A stretch of 64,000 nucleotides of DNA from assembly GCF_009914755.1 (NCBI RefSeq), contig NC_060942.1. One strand, written 5' to 3'. Of this stretch, positions 27,949-43,381 are shown one piece after another. Source of the DNA: the human T2T-CHM13v2.0 reference genome, Homo sapiens. The number at the start of each line of letters is the position of its first letter. Position 1 is the first letter of the stretch. Under the pieces are notes generated by a model that was not told the DNA's origin, did not search any database, and saw only the letters and a list, made by a program, of their open reading frames with translations. Made by a program: the position numbers and the translations under genes.

Positions 27949-28248
27949 GGCCAGGTACCGTGGCTTACACCTGTAATCCGAGTCCTTTGGGAGGCCGGGG
28001 CAGGCAAATGACTTGAGCTCAGGAGTTTAAGACCAGCCTGGGTAACATGGTGAAACCCCATCTCTACAAAAAATACCAAACATTAGCCAGGTGTGGTGGT
28101 GGATGCCGTAGTCCCAGCTACTTGCTGGGCTGAGGCCGGAGGATTGCTTGAGCCCAGCAGATCGAGGCTGCAGCAATCCAAGACCTCACCACTACGCTCC
28201 AGCGTGGGTGGCAAAGTCAGACCCCGTCTCAAACAAACAAATAAAAAA
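27949..28248 (+). mobile_element. AluJ SINE
   Basis: J-type 'cttgagctcaggagttt' and 'ggaggattgcttgagccc'. Flanking tttaacattt duplication. Confidence 0.93.
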
Positions 28249-29480
28249 TTTAACATTTCCCTTAATTTCTGCCATATTATTGAATCTTTTCTGCAGACTG
28301 TGGAGCTTTTATGATATTTGATGGGTTTAAAAGACCCTCTCTATGCTAATATAACTAACATAAGTAATAGAAAGACATGTTGGTAACATGCACAAATGTT
28401 CCACTACCTTAACACCACTTAGTTACATATTATAAGACAACGATTTTATTAATGCTTTCTGATACAATGTAACTCACAAGATGAAAATAGATCTAAAATA
28501 TAGGTAATATATTTGGTTTAGTGGTTTTTGAAAAAATCATTCTTAAACCATTTTCTAAGAATTTGGGTCTCTTACATTTGAGTGGAAGTCACTTTTCTTA
28601 AAATTCAGTGACAATCTACAGCCATTGTGGGAAAGAGGCGTTCTGCAGCCCTGCAGCAGGCCTGTGTTCCAGGAGCCCCTACTTAAGAAATGTCTGGCTT
28701 CTGCCACCCCACCCTAGGCCTGAGCTTCCCGCTGGCTGCCGGACGCCGTCCTGCCAGCATTCTGCCTGACCTCAGCGGGGTCACCCCCGAACCTCACCCC
28801 ATCGATGGCTCAGGCTGCCCCTCCAGGCCGCCGCCCGGCCTCATCACCCTCCCGCTCCCCACCAGGGTCCCACCCTCTCACTCCACTTTCCTCTTCAGTA
28901 GAGCACCGGGACTCCCTGTGCACCACCAGCCAAGCTAGACCCGGACATTTCACCCGGAGGATCAGGCAGGGTAACACCCCACTCATTTCATCCACCTGCT
29001 TAGAACTCGCCATGTCTCTTCATGGTCTTAGGCTGCAGAAGCCCTTTCCGAGCACGACGCAAGGGCCAGAAACAGAGCACACGAAACTTACAATTTTCTG
29101 CATCACAGCGAAAATCAAACAAACAAAAACAAAAAACAAAGTTAAAAGATAATTCTTTGGAGAAAATATTTATACGAATTACCAAAGAAAGGCTATTGTC
29201 TTTGTATATTTCATACATTAATATCCTTAGATTAGATTGTAAAGCCATAAGAGAAATATGAACAGAAAACCAGGCCACTGAATTTGTTTGGGGACATATT
29301 AAAAATTTGCATGTACTGAAACAAAAAGGTCTTTAGTTGAAAAAAAAAAAATTAAGAAACAAAATAGCATCACATGACAGGAACTTTTTTTGGTCTTTGA
29401 AAGTAGGAGTGTCATATGCAAAAGGGAAGAAAAGCAAACAAAATACGTCAAGTTATGTTAAATACGTCATGTTAGCAGTT

Positions 29481-29799
<319 letters not shown>

Positions 29800-30133
29800 T
29801 TACCTCCAATTGTAGAATTTTTTTTTATTATCGTCATGTTTTTTCTTTATGCATATCTGTGTGTTTTTAAAGTTTTGCAAGTAAAAAATTCTAAAATCTG
29901 TTGGCTCACATTCAAGACCCTCCAAGCCCCAGAAGAAGCTCTGTCTCTCCAGGTGCCACCTGCACTTCTCCCGCAGGAATCCCTTGCTGAAAGCTCCACA
30001 CTGAACAGAGCTTTTCTCTCGGAAACTCCTGCCCACCTGTTCCACATACTGTAGACACATCCAAGAATTCTAAAAGAATAGAAGGAGGAATAGTGAGGAA
30101 GAGTTGGGTCAAAGTACCTTCCAGAAGATATCA

Positions 30134-30516
<383 letters not shown>

Positions 30517-30525
30517 GCGGGGGGA

Positions 30526-30813
30526 GGCTGGGTGCGGTGGCTCACGCCTGTAATCCCAGCACTTTGGGAGGCTGAGACGGGGGATCACCTGAGGTCAGGA
30601 GTTCAAGACCAGCCTGGCCAGCATGGCGAAGCCCCATCTCTACCAAAACTACAAAAATTAGCTGGGCATGGCGGTGCACACACCTGTATTCCCAGCTACT
30701 CAGGAGGCTGAGGCAGAAGAATCTCTTGAACCCAGAGGTGGAGGTTGCAGTGAGCTGAGATATACCACTGCACTCCAGCCTGGGTGACAGAGCGAGGCTG
30801 TCTCAAATAGAAA
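30526..30813 (+). mobile_element. AluS SINE
   Basis: Full dimer 'ggctgggtgcggtggctcacgcctgtaatcccagc...gacagagcgaggctgtctcaaa'. Confidence 0.95.
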
Positions 30814-30837
30814 AGTGTGAAGAATGAGGGAATTTGA

Positions 30838-30993
30838 CAGGCATGGTGGTGCACACCTGTGGTCCCAGCTACTCAGCAGGCTGAGGCGGGAGGCTCACTT
30901 GAGCCTGCCTGGTTGAGGCTACAGTGAGCCATGTTCATGCCACTGCACTCCAGCCTGGGTGACAGAGTGAGACCCTGTCTCAAAAAAAAAAAA
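30838..30993 (+). mobile_element. Alu right arm only (AluJ/FRAM-like)
   Basis: 'ggcatggtggtgcacacctgtggtcccagctactc...gagaccctgtctc' plus poly-A. Confidence 0.9.
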
Positions 30994-33108
30994 GAATGAA
31001 GATAAAAAATATGGATGGGGAAAAAGGAGGCATCACTAAGAATCCAAACAGCAAACAGAAAGAAAAAGGGGTTGCATAAGATCCCGGAATATCCCGGGAT
31101 GAAAACAGAAGCTTTCAAGTTAAAAGGAGTGTGAGTGCGACCTGGAGAGGGAAGGAGCCGCATGTATAAGCGTATTTTCACTGAAGGGAAGAACACGGGG
31201 CCCGCGAAAGCTGGACGGCCGGAGACCCGCGTTTCCACGTTTCCACGTTTTTGTTCCTGTGCTGTCCCCAGCAGACCAGGCACCATTTCACATCACGATC
31301 CCGCTGAGATCAAGGAGACCAGATGTCAGAAAATGCTTTAGAAGTATAGGTGAGAGATAAATGCAAAATAAAGTGTTTACTAAATCAGAGTCATTTTGGA
31401 AAAAAATGTTTACGGCTGGTATACTCAACCTGCACTTTAACATCTGTCTAAAGTATCTGTATCGAACACGGGGAGAAAATCCTACTTTACCATTACCTTT
31501 GAAATTAAAGTTTCCAGAGCCTTATGATGAAATTTATGTCAAATTAATTTCTGGGACTCAATGAAGCTTAAAATGAATTCATAATGAGGTACACTTAAGA
31601 GGTGTGCAGAGGGCCTTGGAGGGACTGATCAAAGAGGTCCCCTTCCTGCCATTAACTCTAATTTCGTGATGATGACACATTTTATCCGAGCACAACACAT
31701 ACTCTCAGAGATGATATGCTTTCACAATTACTGTATATGCAGGATGTGTGACCAAATGGAAGTTGACTATTGCTACATTATTATTAGCATTATTATTATT
31801 AGTTAATTGAGTATCAGCAATGTGCACAATCTTCTATGAGATATAATGAAAAGATGGCTCCTGTGTTGGAGATTTATGTCTTAATTTAGACATACTTATA
31901 ATTCCAACATAACACATACAGCCTGAGAAAATGATTTTCTTAAAAGTGCAAGATTTCCTAAAACTGTATGGTTCCTAATGACAGCTCCCTGCTTCCGACT
32001 GAATGTCAGCAAAGAGCAGTATTTAAGAGGCTGCACCTTCAGACAAAAGATTTTCTATTCTTCATATTTAAATATTAAAACTCTTAAAAACATATCTTAA
32101 ATGAATTTAGGAAATTCTTCAGCAAAAAGAAATGTAGAGTGCTGTAAAGATCCTAAAAAAGTGTGCCATTTCTTATTCACTTTTCATGCAGTGGACACCT
32201 TGATTTCATGATTACATTTGGGCTGAAAAGCTAAAAATAGAATATATTGTTTGATTCTTCCAAATCACAGATTCTTAACGAGAGAAATAAGATTTATATT
32301 CTTAGGTAGTCTGCCTTCCTGAACAACACACATCCAACAAGAAACAGGCGGATAATATTAACGGCACTTGTGATCTAAGCAAAGTCTCATCATTTTTTTT
32401 CACCTCCATTTTGAGAAAATGCCAAACAAAGCCAATTTTACACACCTGAGAACAGAGAAGGGAGGAATCATGGGACCTTCACACTCCGAACAACAAGCGG
32501 TCCCATCCTGAACGGGGCGAGGCAATGCCCTTGGGCTGTAAGGTGGGGTGCCGACGAGAAATAAGCTCTACAAAGCAAGGTTTTGTTGCCTAGCTACCTT
32601 AGATTGGACCAAAAGCACACACTGAACAAGAAACATACAACGTTCTCCCTGTGAGGAATGAGACACTTTCTCCTCCAGCATCAACGCACTGTCACTGGGC
32701 AATTGATATGTTATTAGTCGAGTGGACAATGTGATGTTATTTATATCAATGTTAGAAGTATGGATCCAACATTATTCAATAGTATAAATAATAAAGACAA
32801 TTCAATAATTATCTGGTCATACTGGTAATTCACAAGACAGCTGTAAATCTTGAAAGAAGCTGTACGTCATTTTCGTTGACTGCCAGGAAGTGCATGGTCA
32901 CGCCTGCCACAGGTCTTCAGAGCGCCTGTGGGCCTGCATGGGTCCCTCAGTGAGTAAGTCTTTTCCATCTCATCTTTCCCGCCTCTGCTTCCCATTGTAC
33001 TGATATTTCCATTTATTCTTTCAATGTCTTGTGCTCTGACCTACAACCTCGAATGTGTCATTGGAACATGTCATAATATAAGCCTGTATACAATGAGCCA
33101 AGTAAAAC

Positions 33109-33393
33109 TTTTTCTTGAGTCAGAGTCTTACTCCGTCACCCAGGCTAGAGTGCAGTGACACAATCTCGGCTCACTGCAGCCTTAACCTCCTGAGTCAAGC
33201 AATCCTCCCACCTCAACCTCCTGAGTAGCTGGGATTACAGGCCCATGCCACCAGGGCCAGGTAATTTTTGTATTTTTTGTAGAGATGGGATTTCTCCAAA
33301 TGGCCCAGGTTCCTGAACTCCCGAGCTCAAGTGATCGCCCTCCTCAGCTTCCCAAAGTGCTGGGACTACAGGCGTGAGCCGCAGCGCCCGGCC
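33109..33393 (-). mobile_element. AluJ SINE
   Basis: Antisense Alu with 'tcaagcaatcctcccacctc'. Confidence 0.92.
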
Positions 33394-33879
33394 CTAAATC
33401 AGTTTGGATGCTCACTGTGACATCTTTACCGCGGGCATGTGCCGCATTGCTACATTGTTTATTAACTGCAGGAGCCAGATCTTTGTTTCCATCCCTCAAA
33501 ATACACAAAATCTCAATTAATAAGCTTTCAGTTAGATATCTATAAAACAGTGTCAACTCACTGCATTCGCTGCTCAATTAATGCACTGTCATCGCTTGTC
33601 AGAGCAGCTCGTCCATGGGTTGGACACCCTCATGTCCGAGAATTCCGGAACATGCACACACATCGCCAAGAGGCTGAGCCAAGTATCATTTTAAAGTCTT
33701 CCTAGATTTTGAAAAATGATGGTTCCTTTTACATGTTTGCAAATTAGAACATCATTATTTCTAGGAACCAAAGCATGACGCTGGGAAACAAGCCATAGCT
33801 CAATGAAATACACACCACAAAATCAGCAAATCTGGGCATAAAATATTTACAGGCCACCAGCTGAAATGGAGAGCACTGC

Positions 33880-34685
33880 CTGACCTCCACCCCAGGCCGA
33901 AGCCCCAGGCCCTCCAGCTCCTATCCGAGGGCCTCCAGTTCCTGCCCCAGGCCCTCCACCTCCAGCCCCAGGCCTCCAACTCCCACCCCAGGCCTCCAGA
34001 TCCCACCCCAGGCCTCCAGCTCCAGCCCCAGGCCCTCCAGCTCCTATCCCAGGGCCTCCAGATCCCACCCCAGGCCTCCAGTTCCCACCCCAGGTCCTCC
34101 AGCTCCAGCCCCAGGCCCTCCAGCTCCTATCCCAGGGCCTCCAGATCCCGCCCTAGGCCTCCAGTTCCCACCCCAGGTCCTCCAGCTCCAGCCCCAGGCC
34201 TCCAGCTCCTGCCCCAGGCCTCTAGCTCCAGCCCCAGGCCCTCCAGCTCCCATCCCAGGGCCTCCAGATCACACCCCAGGCCTCTAGCTCCTGCCCCAGG
34301 CCCTCCAGCTCCAGCCCCAGGCCTCCAGCTCCTATCCCAGGCCTTCAACTCCTACCCCCGGCCTCCAGCTCCCACCCCAGGCCCTTCAACTCCCATCCCA
34401 AGGCCTCCAGATCCCACTCCAAGCCTCCAGCTCCTGCCCCAGGCCCTCCAGCTCTGGCCCCAGACCTCCAACTCTCATGCCAGGCCCTCCTTCTGTCACC
34501 TCAGGCCACAGCCCCAGGCCATCCAGCTCCTGCCCTAGGCCTCCTTCTCCCACCTCAGGGTCTCCAGCTCCCACCCAAGCCTCCTGCTCCCACCTCAGGG
34601 CCTCCTGCTGTCAGCCCAGAATCTCCAGCTCCCCCCAGGGCCTTTAGCTCCCACCCCAGGCCTCCAGCCCCTGCCCCAGGCCCTC
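33880..34685. repeat. C-rich degenerate minisatellite, about 20-21 bp unit, roughly 38-40 copies
   Basis: Recurrent 'ccccaggcc(c)tccagctcc'; G-runs on the minus strand. Confidence 0.95.
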
Positions 34686-36549
34686 TTGGTGCCCAGCTGG
34701 TCCTTGGAACTGGTGTGAAGAGCAGCCTCATTTGTAACCACTATTTGACTAGGGAAACAAAGACTGATATTTGCTCAAAAACACCTTTACAACAAAAGTC
34801 AGTAAAAATATGTTTTCAAAACAATCCTGCAATCATAATAGACAGCCACACTGCCGAAAAAATGTCTTCCAACACATCCACGTCTTCAGGGTTTGGGGTT
34901 TTTCAACCAGTGATGGACACAGCTATAGCTGCCCTCTGTCCAAAGTCATTTCCACCTGCGGCACGTGAAGGGTGAGAGTGCAGGGAGAGGCTCTCCTGTT
35001 CCAAGGCCCTGCACCCACTCCCACGGCTGCCTCTGCCCTCCCAAGAACCAGGCCCACCGCCCTCCCAGCAGAGCAGTGACCAGAGCGGCTCAGAGCAGGA
35101 CACAGCTTGGAGGGAAGCCTGGCCACGCACAGAGCCCGTGGGACTCCATGAGGGTTCCTGTGGTTTCTGAAATTCTTTCACTGAAGATTCCAAAATCACT
35201 GCTCAGGGAACCATGCATGAAAATTCAAAAATCTCCACAGACTTGGCTCCTGAGCCACCAGATTTACCAGTAACATCTCAGCACAAAACAGACAGGGAGT
35301 TGATAATGTGGAAGAAGGAAAAGAATATGGGATTTATCCTGGCCAAGGGCACAGTGCATGTGGGGACCAGGCCAGGCCTCGAGGCAGCCCCACTGCTCCA
35401 CACCCTTCTCATCCGACTCTCCAAATCCCCTGCCAAGCACTTGCCTCCAGTCTGGGGCCCAAGAAACGCATGTCTGTGCACACGTAGCTGGGCCAGGAGC
35501 TTCCCTTCTGCACCATCCGCGATGCCTGCCTCACCTGCCTGGCAGCCACAGCTGTTCTCAGGCCTTCCAGGGCCTGCATGTGTGCAAACTCCACCTTTCC
35601 CCAGACGAGGAGTCTGGAACTGAGTCTAAACAGAGTTCCGTCATGGGCCGGTGCACGGCTGCAGAGCGTGCACGCAGTCCTCCCCACCGGGACCGGGGGT
35701 CAAGGAGGCTCTGACCCGGCCCAGGGCACCCAGGAAACATGCCACTGGGCTGCTCCCGCTTCTGCTGGCACCGTGGGCTGTGAGCCGGGCCGTGTGCCCA
35801 GCGTGCATTCTGGGGTCAGGTGTCTCTGCTCCAGGGCTCCGCTCAGCCCGAGGCTCTTCCTCAGTGCTCCTCCCCACAGTCTCTCCTCCGCCCTTGACCT
35901 TCACTGTGGCAGGGCAGCCCCCACTCCCACCCCTGCTCACAGGGACCCCCATCAGGAAAGCTTTCAGTGCCTAATTTCATTTTGGCATCTTCTTCCCAGA
36001 TGACCCAAAAACCACAGATGGGGAAAAAATTCATCTTCGTTTTCACCAACCTCAAACTGAGATTTCGAATGTCTTCGACTACGAAAGCGGGCAGTGCACC
36101 GCAGTGGTGTTGCAGGACCTGCGCCCTCAGCAGGGGGAAGTCACAGGTCTCTCCCTCCCACCTGAGATGTTTGTGCCACGGCTTCCAGTTCAGTGGCCGC
36201 AAGACTCACGGCTGGGTGTTGTCATATAATGCATCCATTAACAGCACGTGTGAAATACTAATTGTATTTCAATCTGATTCCTTGGTAGTTCTGTGTATTT
36301 TATTTTGTGCATTTCTAAATTCTTCTGGGAGGGGTGGATAGGCCTCGCCAGACTCCCAAAGACTTCCCCACCCGTGAAGGTCAGGAACCTGACATCCCGC
36401 CAGCCACGTTCACATCCCAGCTCCACAAAGAGCCGGCCCGAGGGTAAAACTGTTTAAAACAGCCTCCACCGGAGAATAATGGCAACAAGTCAGAAAGGTT
36501 TATTCTCTTTATTCTTCTGGAGCTAGGCCCCAAGGACCACGGCAAACGC

Positions 36550-37340
36550 CAGCCCTGTGCTGCCTGCCCCAGGCTCATTCTTCTCCAGCTGGGAGGGGTG
36601 CAGGCCCCCCTCCTGCTGGTCCCTGGACATCCCCACCAGGTGTGGCTTGCAGGAGCCAGCCGCCGCGGAGCCCAGGCCTCCACTCCGTGTAAGCCGGCCA
36701 GCTAGTCAAAGGACATCATTTTTCAATTCACAGAAAGCTGCCATTTTCCTGCTTCAGGTTTCCGCGAACTCCACGGCAGGAGGAAAGCCGAGCTCCCTTA
36801 AGAGCATCCGCCTTGGAAGCACCATCGCTGCCCATTTTCCACCTGGCTTCCCTGTCCCGGGGCTGCACGCTGCTCCTGCATCCTCCCTCGCATTTGACCA
36901 GCGATGCTCACAGGCGTCCAGTCCTCCTGCCAGGGCCACCCCGCGCTGGCACGGGCCCCTGGTGGAAGGCACAGACTCCAAAAGCCATTCCAAGCCAAAC
37001 CCCAGCGTGGTCCAGGCTCCTGCAGATGCGGCACGCACACAGCTGCGCGTGCCTCCTCCCCGCGCGAGTCGCCCAGCCGCCTGTTGTGCCTTTGCCTGAG
37101 GTCGGTGCAGTCTGCGCCCTCCCCGCGGCTTCCTGTCTGTGCCAAGCTCCCCGCTGCGCCTCCGCGGGTCTCTCTGCGGGTCAGTGCAGCAGCTCCAGGT
37201 AACCACCTGCATCCGTTTTGTGTTCGGTTTGCTCCTGATAGCCACGTCTTGGAATTGTTTCCTGAGTGTTTATCACCACACGGCGCGAGCAGGCAACTGC
37301 AAACCCAGGCGACCTCGCAGCTTCGCATCAGCGTTTCCCC
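36550..37340. promoter_or_regulatory. CpG-island-like GC/CpG-rich segment
   Basis: Visibly high CpG density, e.g. 'gctgcgcgtgcctcctccccgcgcgagtcgcccagccgcc'. No obvious repeat. CpG observed/expected ratio not computed. Confidence 0.55.
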
Positions 37341-38599
37341 TCATTCATCGAAGATTTCTAAACTGATATGTGCAGAATATTAGTGATCTCTGCAGACTAG
37401 CTGCCGAAACCCAACACATTCTGCTTAAGAGTGCAAGCACAGAACCACAACGTGTAAAATCGGTTTGTTCCAAGGCTCTGTGTTGAAACGAGTCGTTATT
37501 CATTACACACCCATTCTGACTGTATGAAAACAAGAGGCAGGACTTGGCAGGGAGAGGCTGGCTTCAGATGAGCTATGTGAGAGCAGCGTCCTCACAGCAC
37601 AGCGTAGACCTTGGAGTTCCGACGCATGTCAGAGCTAAAGGTGCACCTTGAAGACAAAACTGCTGTGGCCTTGAGGGAAGACATGAAGAGGAAGATGCAG
37701 TGACCTTCAGGCCCTCTCCAGGTCACAGAATAATCTCCCTTGGCTTTGCCACAGGCTCAGAGCCGTGCACCCTGGGACTGCAGAATCTCTGAGCTTGAAT
37801 GTACAGCTCAGGTGTGGCACCCAGACCGTCCAGCCATGCGGTCTTCAAGGCCACCCCACCTGTCTCAGCCTCCGGGTGGCTGCAGGGATCAGCTGTTGTG
37901 AGGCAGTGCGGTTGGGCTCCATGGTGCCAGCCTCCTGGGCGGCTGCTCTTGGCCCGTGTGCCTTGTGGCCAGCAGGGCTCAGTGAGACATCCTCAGCGAG
38001 CCTGCAACCATCCGCTCTGGAGGAATTCCAGGGCAAATGCAAATCCTCCATATCCCTGAGTCTCTGTTTCCTCGTTTGCCAAGTGGGATGATATTCCTGG
38101 CCTTACAGGGATGCCAGATTCTTCAGGGAGACGGTGCATGGAAGCATTAGACGGGCACCAAGCCCTCGGCACGCGGAGCCATGGGGCCGCAGGGGCTGGC
38201 CGAGCCCTTTTCTTTCCCAGTGTGTGTACGGTGCTCTTCTCTACCTCCTCTGTATCACAGAAATGCAAATCCTGGCTCCTCACTCTCACCCACACGACAA
38301 GGGGGGGCACGCACACAAGGCTCAGCATTCACCCTGCCCTGGTCCAGCCATGGCTGCAGCACAACCCGGTATGCTGAACCAGCGTGGCCCCTCACACCCT
38401 AACTCCACTTGGCAGGTAGCACCACTGCGGCCCCACAACTTTCCTGAGCCTCAGAGGCAGCCAGGGTGAGGGCCACCTGAACCACAGGGTGGGCCTCCAA
38501 GGCAACTTCACTAATCATGACCACCTGGTCTATGGAGCATCTATGAGCCAAACACGCTATTAAAATTATACATCTTATCAAACTCAGCAGAACAGGAAT

Positions 38600-38712
38600 T
38601 ACTATCTTCATTTTATAGATAAGAGAACAAAGGCTTGAAGAGCCGCAGTGGCTGGCCCCAAATCATAAAAGTGCTAGGTCAGTGGGAAAGTCAACATTTG
38701 AACCCAGGTCCA
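38600..38712 (-). mobile_element. MIR SINE relic
   Basis: 'cattttatagataagagaacaaaggc...atttgaacccaggtc' is the antisense MIR core. Confidence 0.7.
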
Positions 38713-38904
38713 CTTGAACTCAAAACTCTTGGCCTTTTCCTTCTGCCATTTGCTGTGCAAGCTCAGTCTGTAGGAAATGAATCTGAGTAGGCTGATTGAG
38801 GGCAGGCTGGCCAGTCGGCAGAGCACAGGGGTGAAAGCGTGGGGTCGTTCTAGACAGATGGTGGATAAATGATAGATGATAGATCAATAGATACATGACA
38901 GATA

Positions 38905-40024
38905 GATGACTGATGGATGGAATGGACAGATGACTGATGGATGGAATGGACAGATGACTGATGGATGGAATGGACAGATGACTGATGGATGGAATGGACA
39001 GATGACTGATGGATGGAATGGACAGATGACTGATGGATGGAATGGATAGATGACTGATGGATGGAATGGATAGATGACTGATGGATGGAATGGATAGATG
39101 ACTGATGGATGGAATGGACAGATGACTGATGGATGGAATGGACAGATGACTGATGGATGGAATGGACAGATGACTGATGGATGGAATGGACAGATGACAG
39201 ATGGATGGAATGGATAGATGACAGATGGATGGAATGGATAGATGACTGATGGATGGAATGGACAGATGACTGATGGATGGAATGGATAGATGACTGATGG
39301 ATGGAATGGACAGATGACTGATGGATGGAATGGACAGATGACTGATGGATGGAATGGACAGATGACTGATGGATGGAATGGATAGATGACAGATGGATGG
39401 AATGGATAGATGACTGATGGATGGAATGGATAGATGACTGATGGATGGAATGGATAGATGACTGATGGATGGAATGGATAGATGACTGATGGATGGAATG
39501 GATAGATGACAGATGGATGGAATGGATAGATGACTGATGGATGGAATGGACAGATGACTGATGGATGGAATGGATAGATGACTGATGGATGGAATGGATA
39601 GATGACTGATGGATGGAATGGACAGATGACTGATGGATGGAATGGACAGATGACTGATGGATGGAATGGACAGATGACAGATGGATGGAATGGATAGATG
39701 ACTGATGGATGGAATGGACAGATGACTGATGGATGGAATGGATAGATGACTGATGGATGGAATGGATAGATGACTGATGGATGGAATGGATAGATGACTG
39801 ATGGATGGAATGGATAGATGACTGATGGATGGAATGGATAGATGACAAATGGATGGAATGGACAGATGACTGATGGATGGAATGGACAGATGACTGATGG
39901 ATGGAATGGACAGATGACAAATGGATGGAATGGATAGATGACTGATGGATGGAATGGATAGATGACTGATGGATGGAATGGATAGATGACTGATGGATGG
40001 AATGGATAGATGACAAATGGATGG
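38905..40024. repeat. Highly homogeneous minisatellite, 24-bp unit, 46 full copies plus a partial
   Basis: gatgac(tg/ag/aa)atggatggaatgga(c/t)a; 38905-40008 is 1104 bp = 46 x 24. Confidence 0.98.
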
Positions 40025-40845
<821 letters not shown>

Positions 40846-41751
40846 ACCATTTTCACTTTTATTAATCTTAGTTTGTTTTCATCTTAAACATTCACGTGTA
40901 CATCACTCCCCAGCCTCCTGGTACATGGCCCAAGCCTTCTCTGTAAAGTGGGTGATCGTAATGCCACAATTTGCACGAACCACAGTCAAAATGCGTTTCT
41001 TATGATTCTCATTTTTGGTTTCTCTTAAAGTGGACAAAGATTTTAAAAACACTTTCAAAGCAATAAAAAAGCAGAGTCCATTTATACTTGCATCATTTTT
41101 CAAACCTTTCCCTGCTGCCTTGCCAAACCTGATGGAACAGTAATTATTTTTAGCAACTTTTTTTTTAGTGTTTTCTAAACTTTCATCTAAGTTTTCATAG
41201 AAGTAAAAATTTCCCTTATTCCCTTACTCATATTTCATCAGTGTGGATGCTATTTAATTAAATTATGGAGTTACAGAACCATGCAAGATTGGAAGCAACC
41301 CCCGAGTCCTGTGAGTGCAGAAGGGCAAGACAGGGCAGGGGGCTGGCAGCTGCCAGTGGCAGGGAGCCACGGCAGGCTGAGGGTGAGTGTGGACCCCAAT
41401 CAGCTGCCAAAGGAGGGTCTTGGATGGGTGGGCTCCGTGTAGCCTATGGCTTCCCAGCCGTCCCCCAGCACCTCCACGTTGACACATACCTCTTTACATT
41501 CCTTGGCTCACAGCCCCCAACCTACTGTGAGTTAAAACCAGCAGGGTGACTGGTGGTCAGAGGTCTGGGGGCACACATGATGGAAGTGTACAGGGCGTCA
41601 GGCTCCGGAGAAGAGGCCAGTCCCCTGCAGCCGGCACACACCCAGGGGAAGCTGCACAGTCATCTCGAAAACACCCCCTCATCTTCATCATCTCCACTTC
41701 AGGGAATAAGAAACCCTCATCAGCAATGTACAATACAGCATTTCTTCTTAT

Positions 41752-42037
41752 CTTTTTTTTTTTTTTTTTTTTTTTTTGAGACAGCATCTTACTGTATCTC
41801 CCAGGCTGGAGTGTAGCAGCACCATCTCGGCTCACTGCAGCCTGGACCTCACAGGGCTCAGGTGATCCTCCCACGTCAACCTCCAGAGTAGCTGGGACCA
41901 CCGGCATGCACCACCACACCTGGCTAATTTGGGGGCTTGGTGTTTTTTGTTTTTTGTTTTTTGTTTTTGTTTTTGGTAGAGAAGGTTTTCCGCCATGATG
42001 CCGGGCTGATCTCAAACTCCTGGGCTCGAGCAATCCC
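41752..42037 (-). mobile_element. AluJ SINE, truncated at its 5' end
   Basis: Long poly-T followed by antisense Alu; body ends after 'gggctcgagcaatcc'. Confidence 0.92.
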
Positions 42038-43381
42038 TCTTAACATTCCTTTAAAGATTCTTTTTAATTTTAAGATTCGCCCTTGAGGAAGCAGGATTCA
42101 ATTCAATGGAAAATGTAACCTCAGTGGAGTATCTATCATGATCCCCAACAGTTTGGGCTCTATGAACTAGTGTCACAATGTTTCTTAGTTTGTCCTAGAC
42201 ACAGGCAGAAGGTATATCGATACTATGTGAAGTACAGGAAAATTAAGTGATTTTTCCAAGATTGAGTCAAGGAGCGTCAAGGTCTGTTCACTTCAAATCA
42301 AGCTCCTCATTCACTGTGACTCCATGTGAATGAAAATAAAGACGGGAATAAGATCCAAATCCAATCTCAAAATATGGCCTCTTGTACATCTTCTGGGATG
42401 AGGCAGTCATCCCCTTCTAGACCTCTTAATCAATGACACTGTCATTACAAACTTTAAAACTACTTCCAAATCCCAAAGAAACCATTGTTTGTTGACCTGA
42501 TTAGGATTAACTTCATGCAACCAGCAATTGTACAAAGTAGCGGCATCATCTGAACCCCGCCAAGGAAGAGGCATTTTCTCTCTAACACAATAGCTTGATG
42601 CTTGCATTGTAGGTGATGAGAGCAAAACTAAGCTAGAACTGAGCCACGCATCCCTCTTTTATCTTCCCATGCATGACAGAGCGATGACTCTTCCACTGTG
42701 CTCCAACCAGTCACCTAAACAAAACTCTTTAAACCTCAAAAGTGCTCACCAGGAGGAAGTAAAATCCCTTCACCCCAGGATGGTAGAGGAGTTGAAGGGA
42801 ACTAGGAAGGTGTGTTACATTCCTGCACCCATCCCCCTCCAACCCCCCCAGGTAGCCTCCCTCCCAGTGAGACGATTCCAGGTGCATTCACCTGGCCAGC
42901 TGTCTATCAAGTCTTTTCCAAACTAAGGTTCGTTTTGTTCTATTAGACTATAACCTCAATCCAGAGAAGAGAGAGCTTCCACCTGTGTTTTCTAAAACCA
43001 TGTACATGTGCCATATGGTCTAAACTATGTCTGCTCGATAAAAAAACTGTTGCTGATTTGAGGGGTGACTGACGCCCATAACAAAAATGCATTTCCAAAA
43101 GCATGCATCATCGAGTTATCGTCTGGCCTTACACAAATAGGAGGTCCCCAGGAAACCAGACCAAATGTAGACAAAGGAATTCTTCAGTCAATTTAGTTTA
43201 ATTATGAGAGTTGAAACCTACTATGGATTCTGCCCGGTTAATAAATGATCCTGGTTAATGAATGATGCTGGTTAAATTGTAGCTCTTTCACCGACCACTT
43301 TCTTTATTGCAAACTTCTCAAAAAATTGGCTAAGTGAACTTAATAGAGAACACGTGTATGAACTCAATTCATAAAAAGGGT

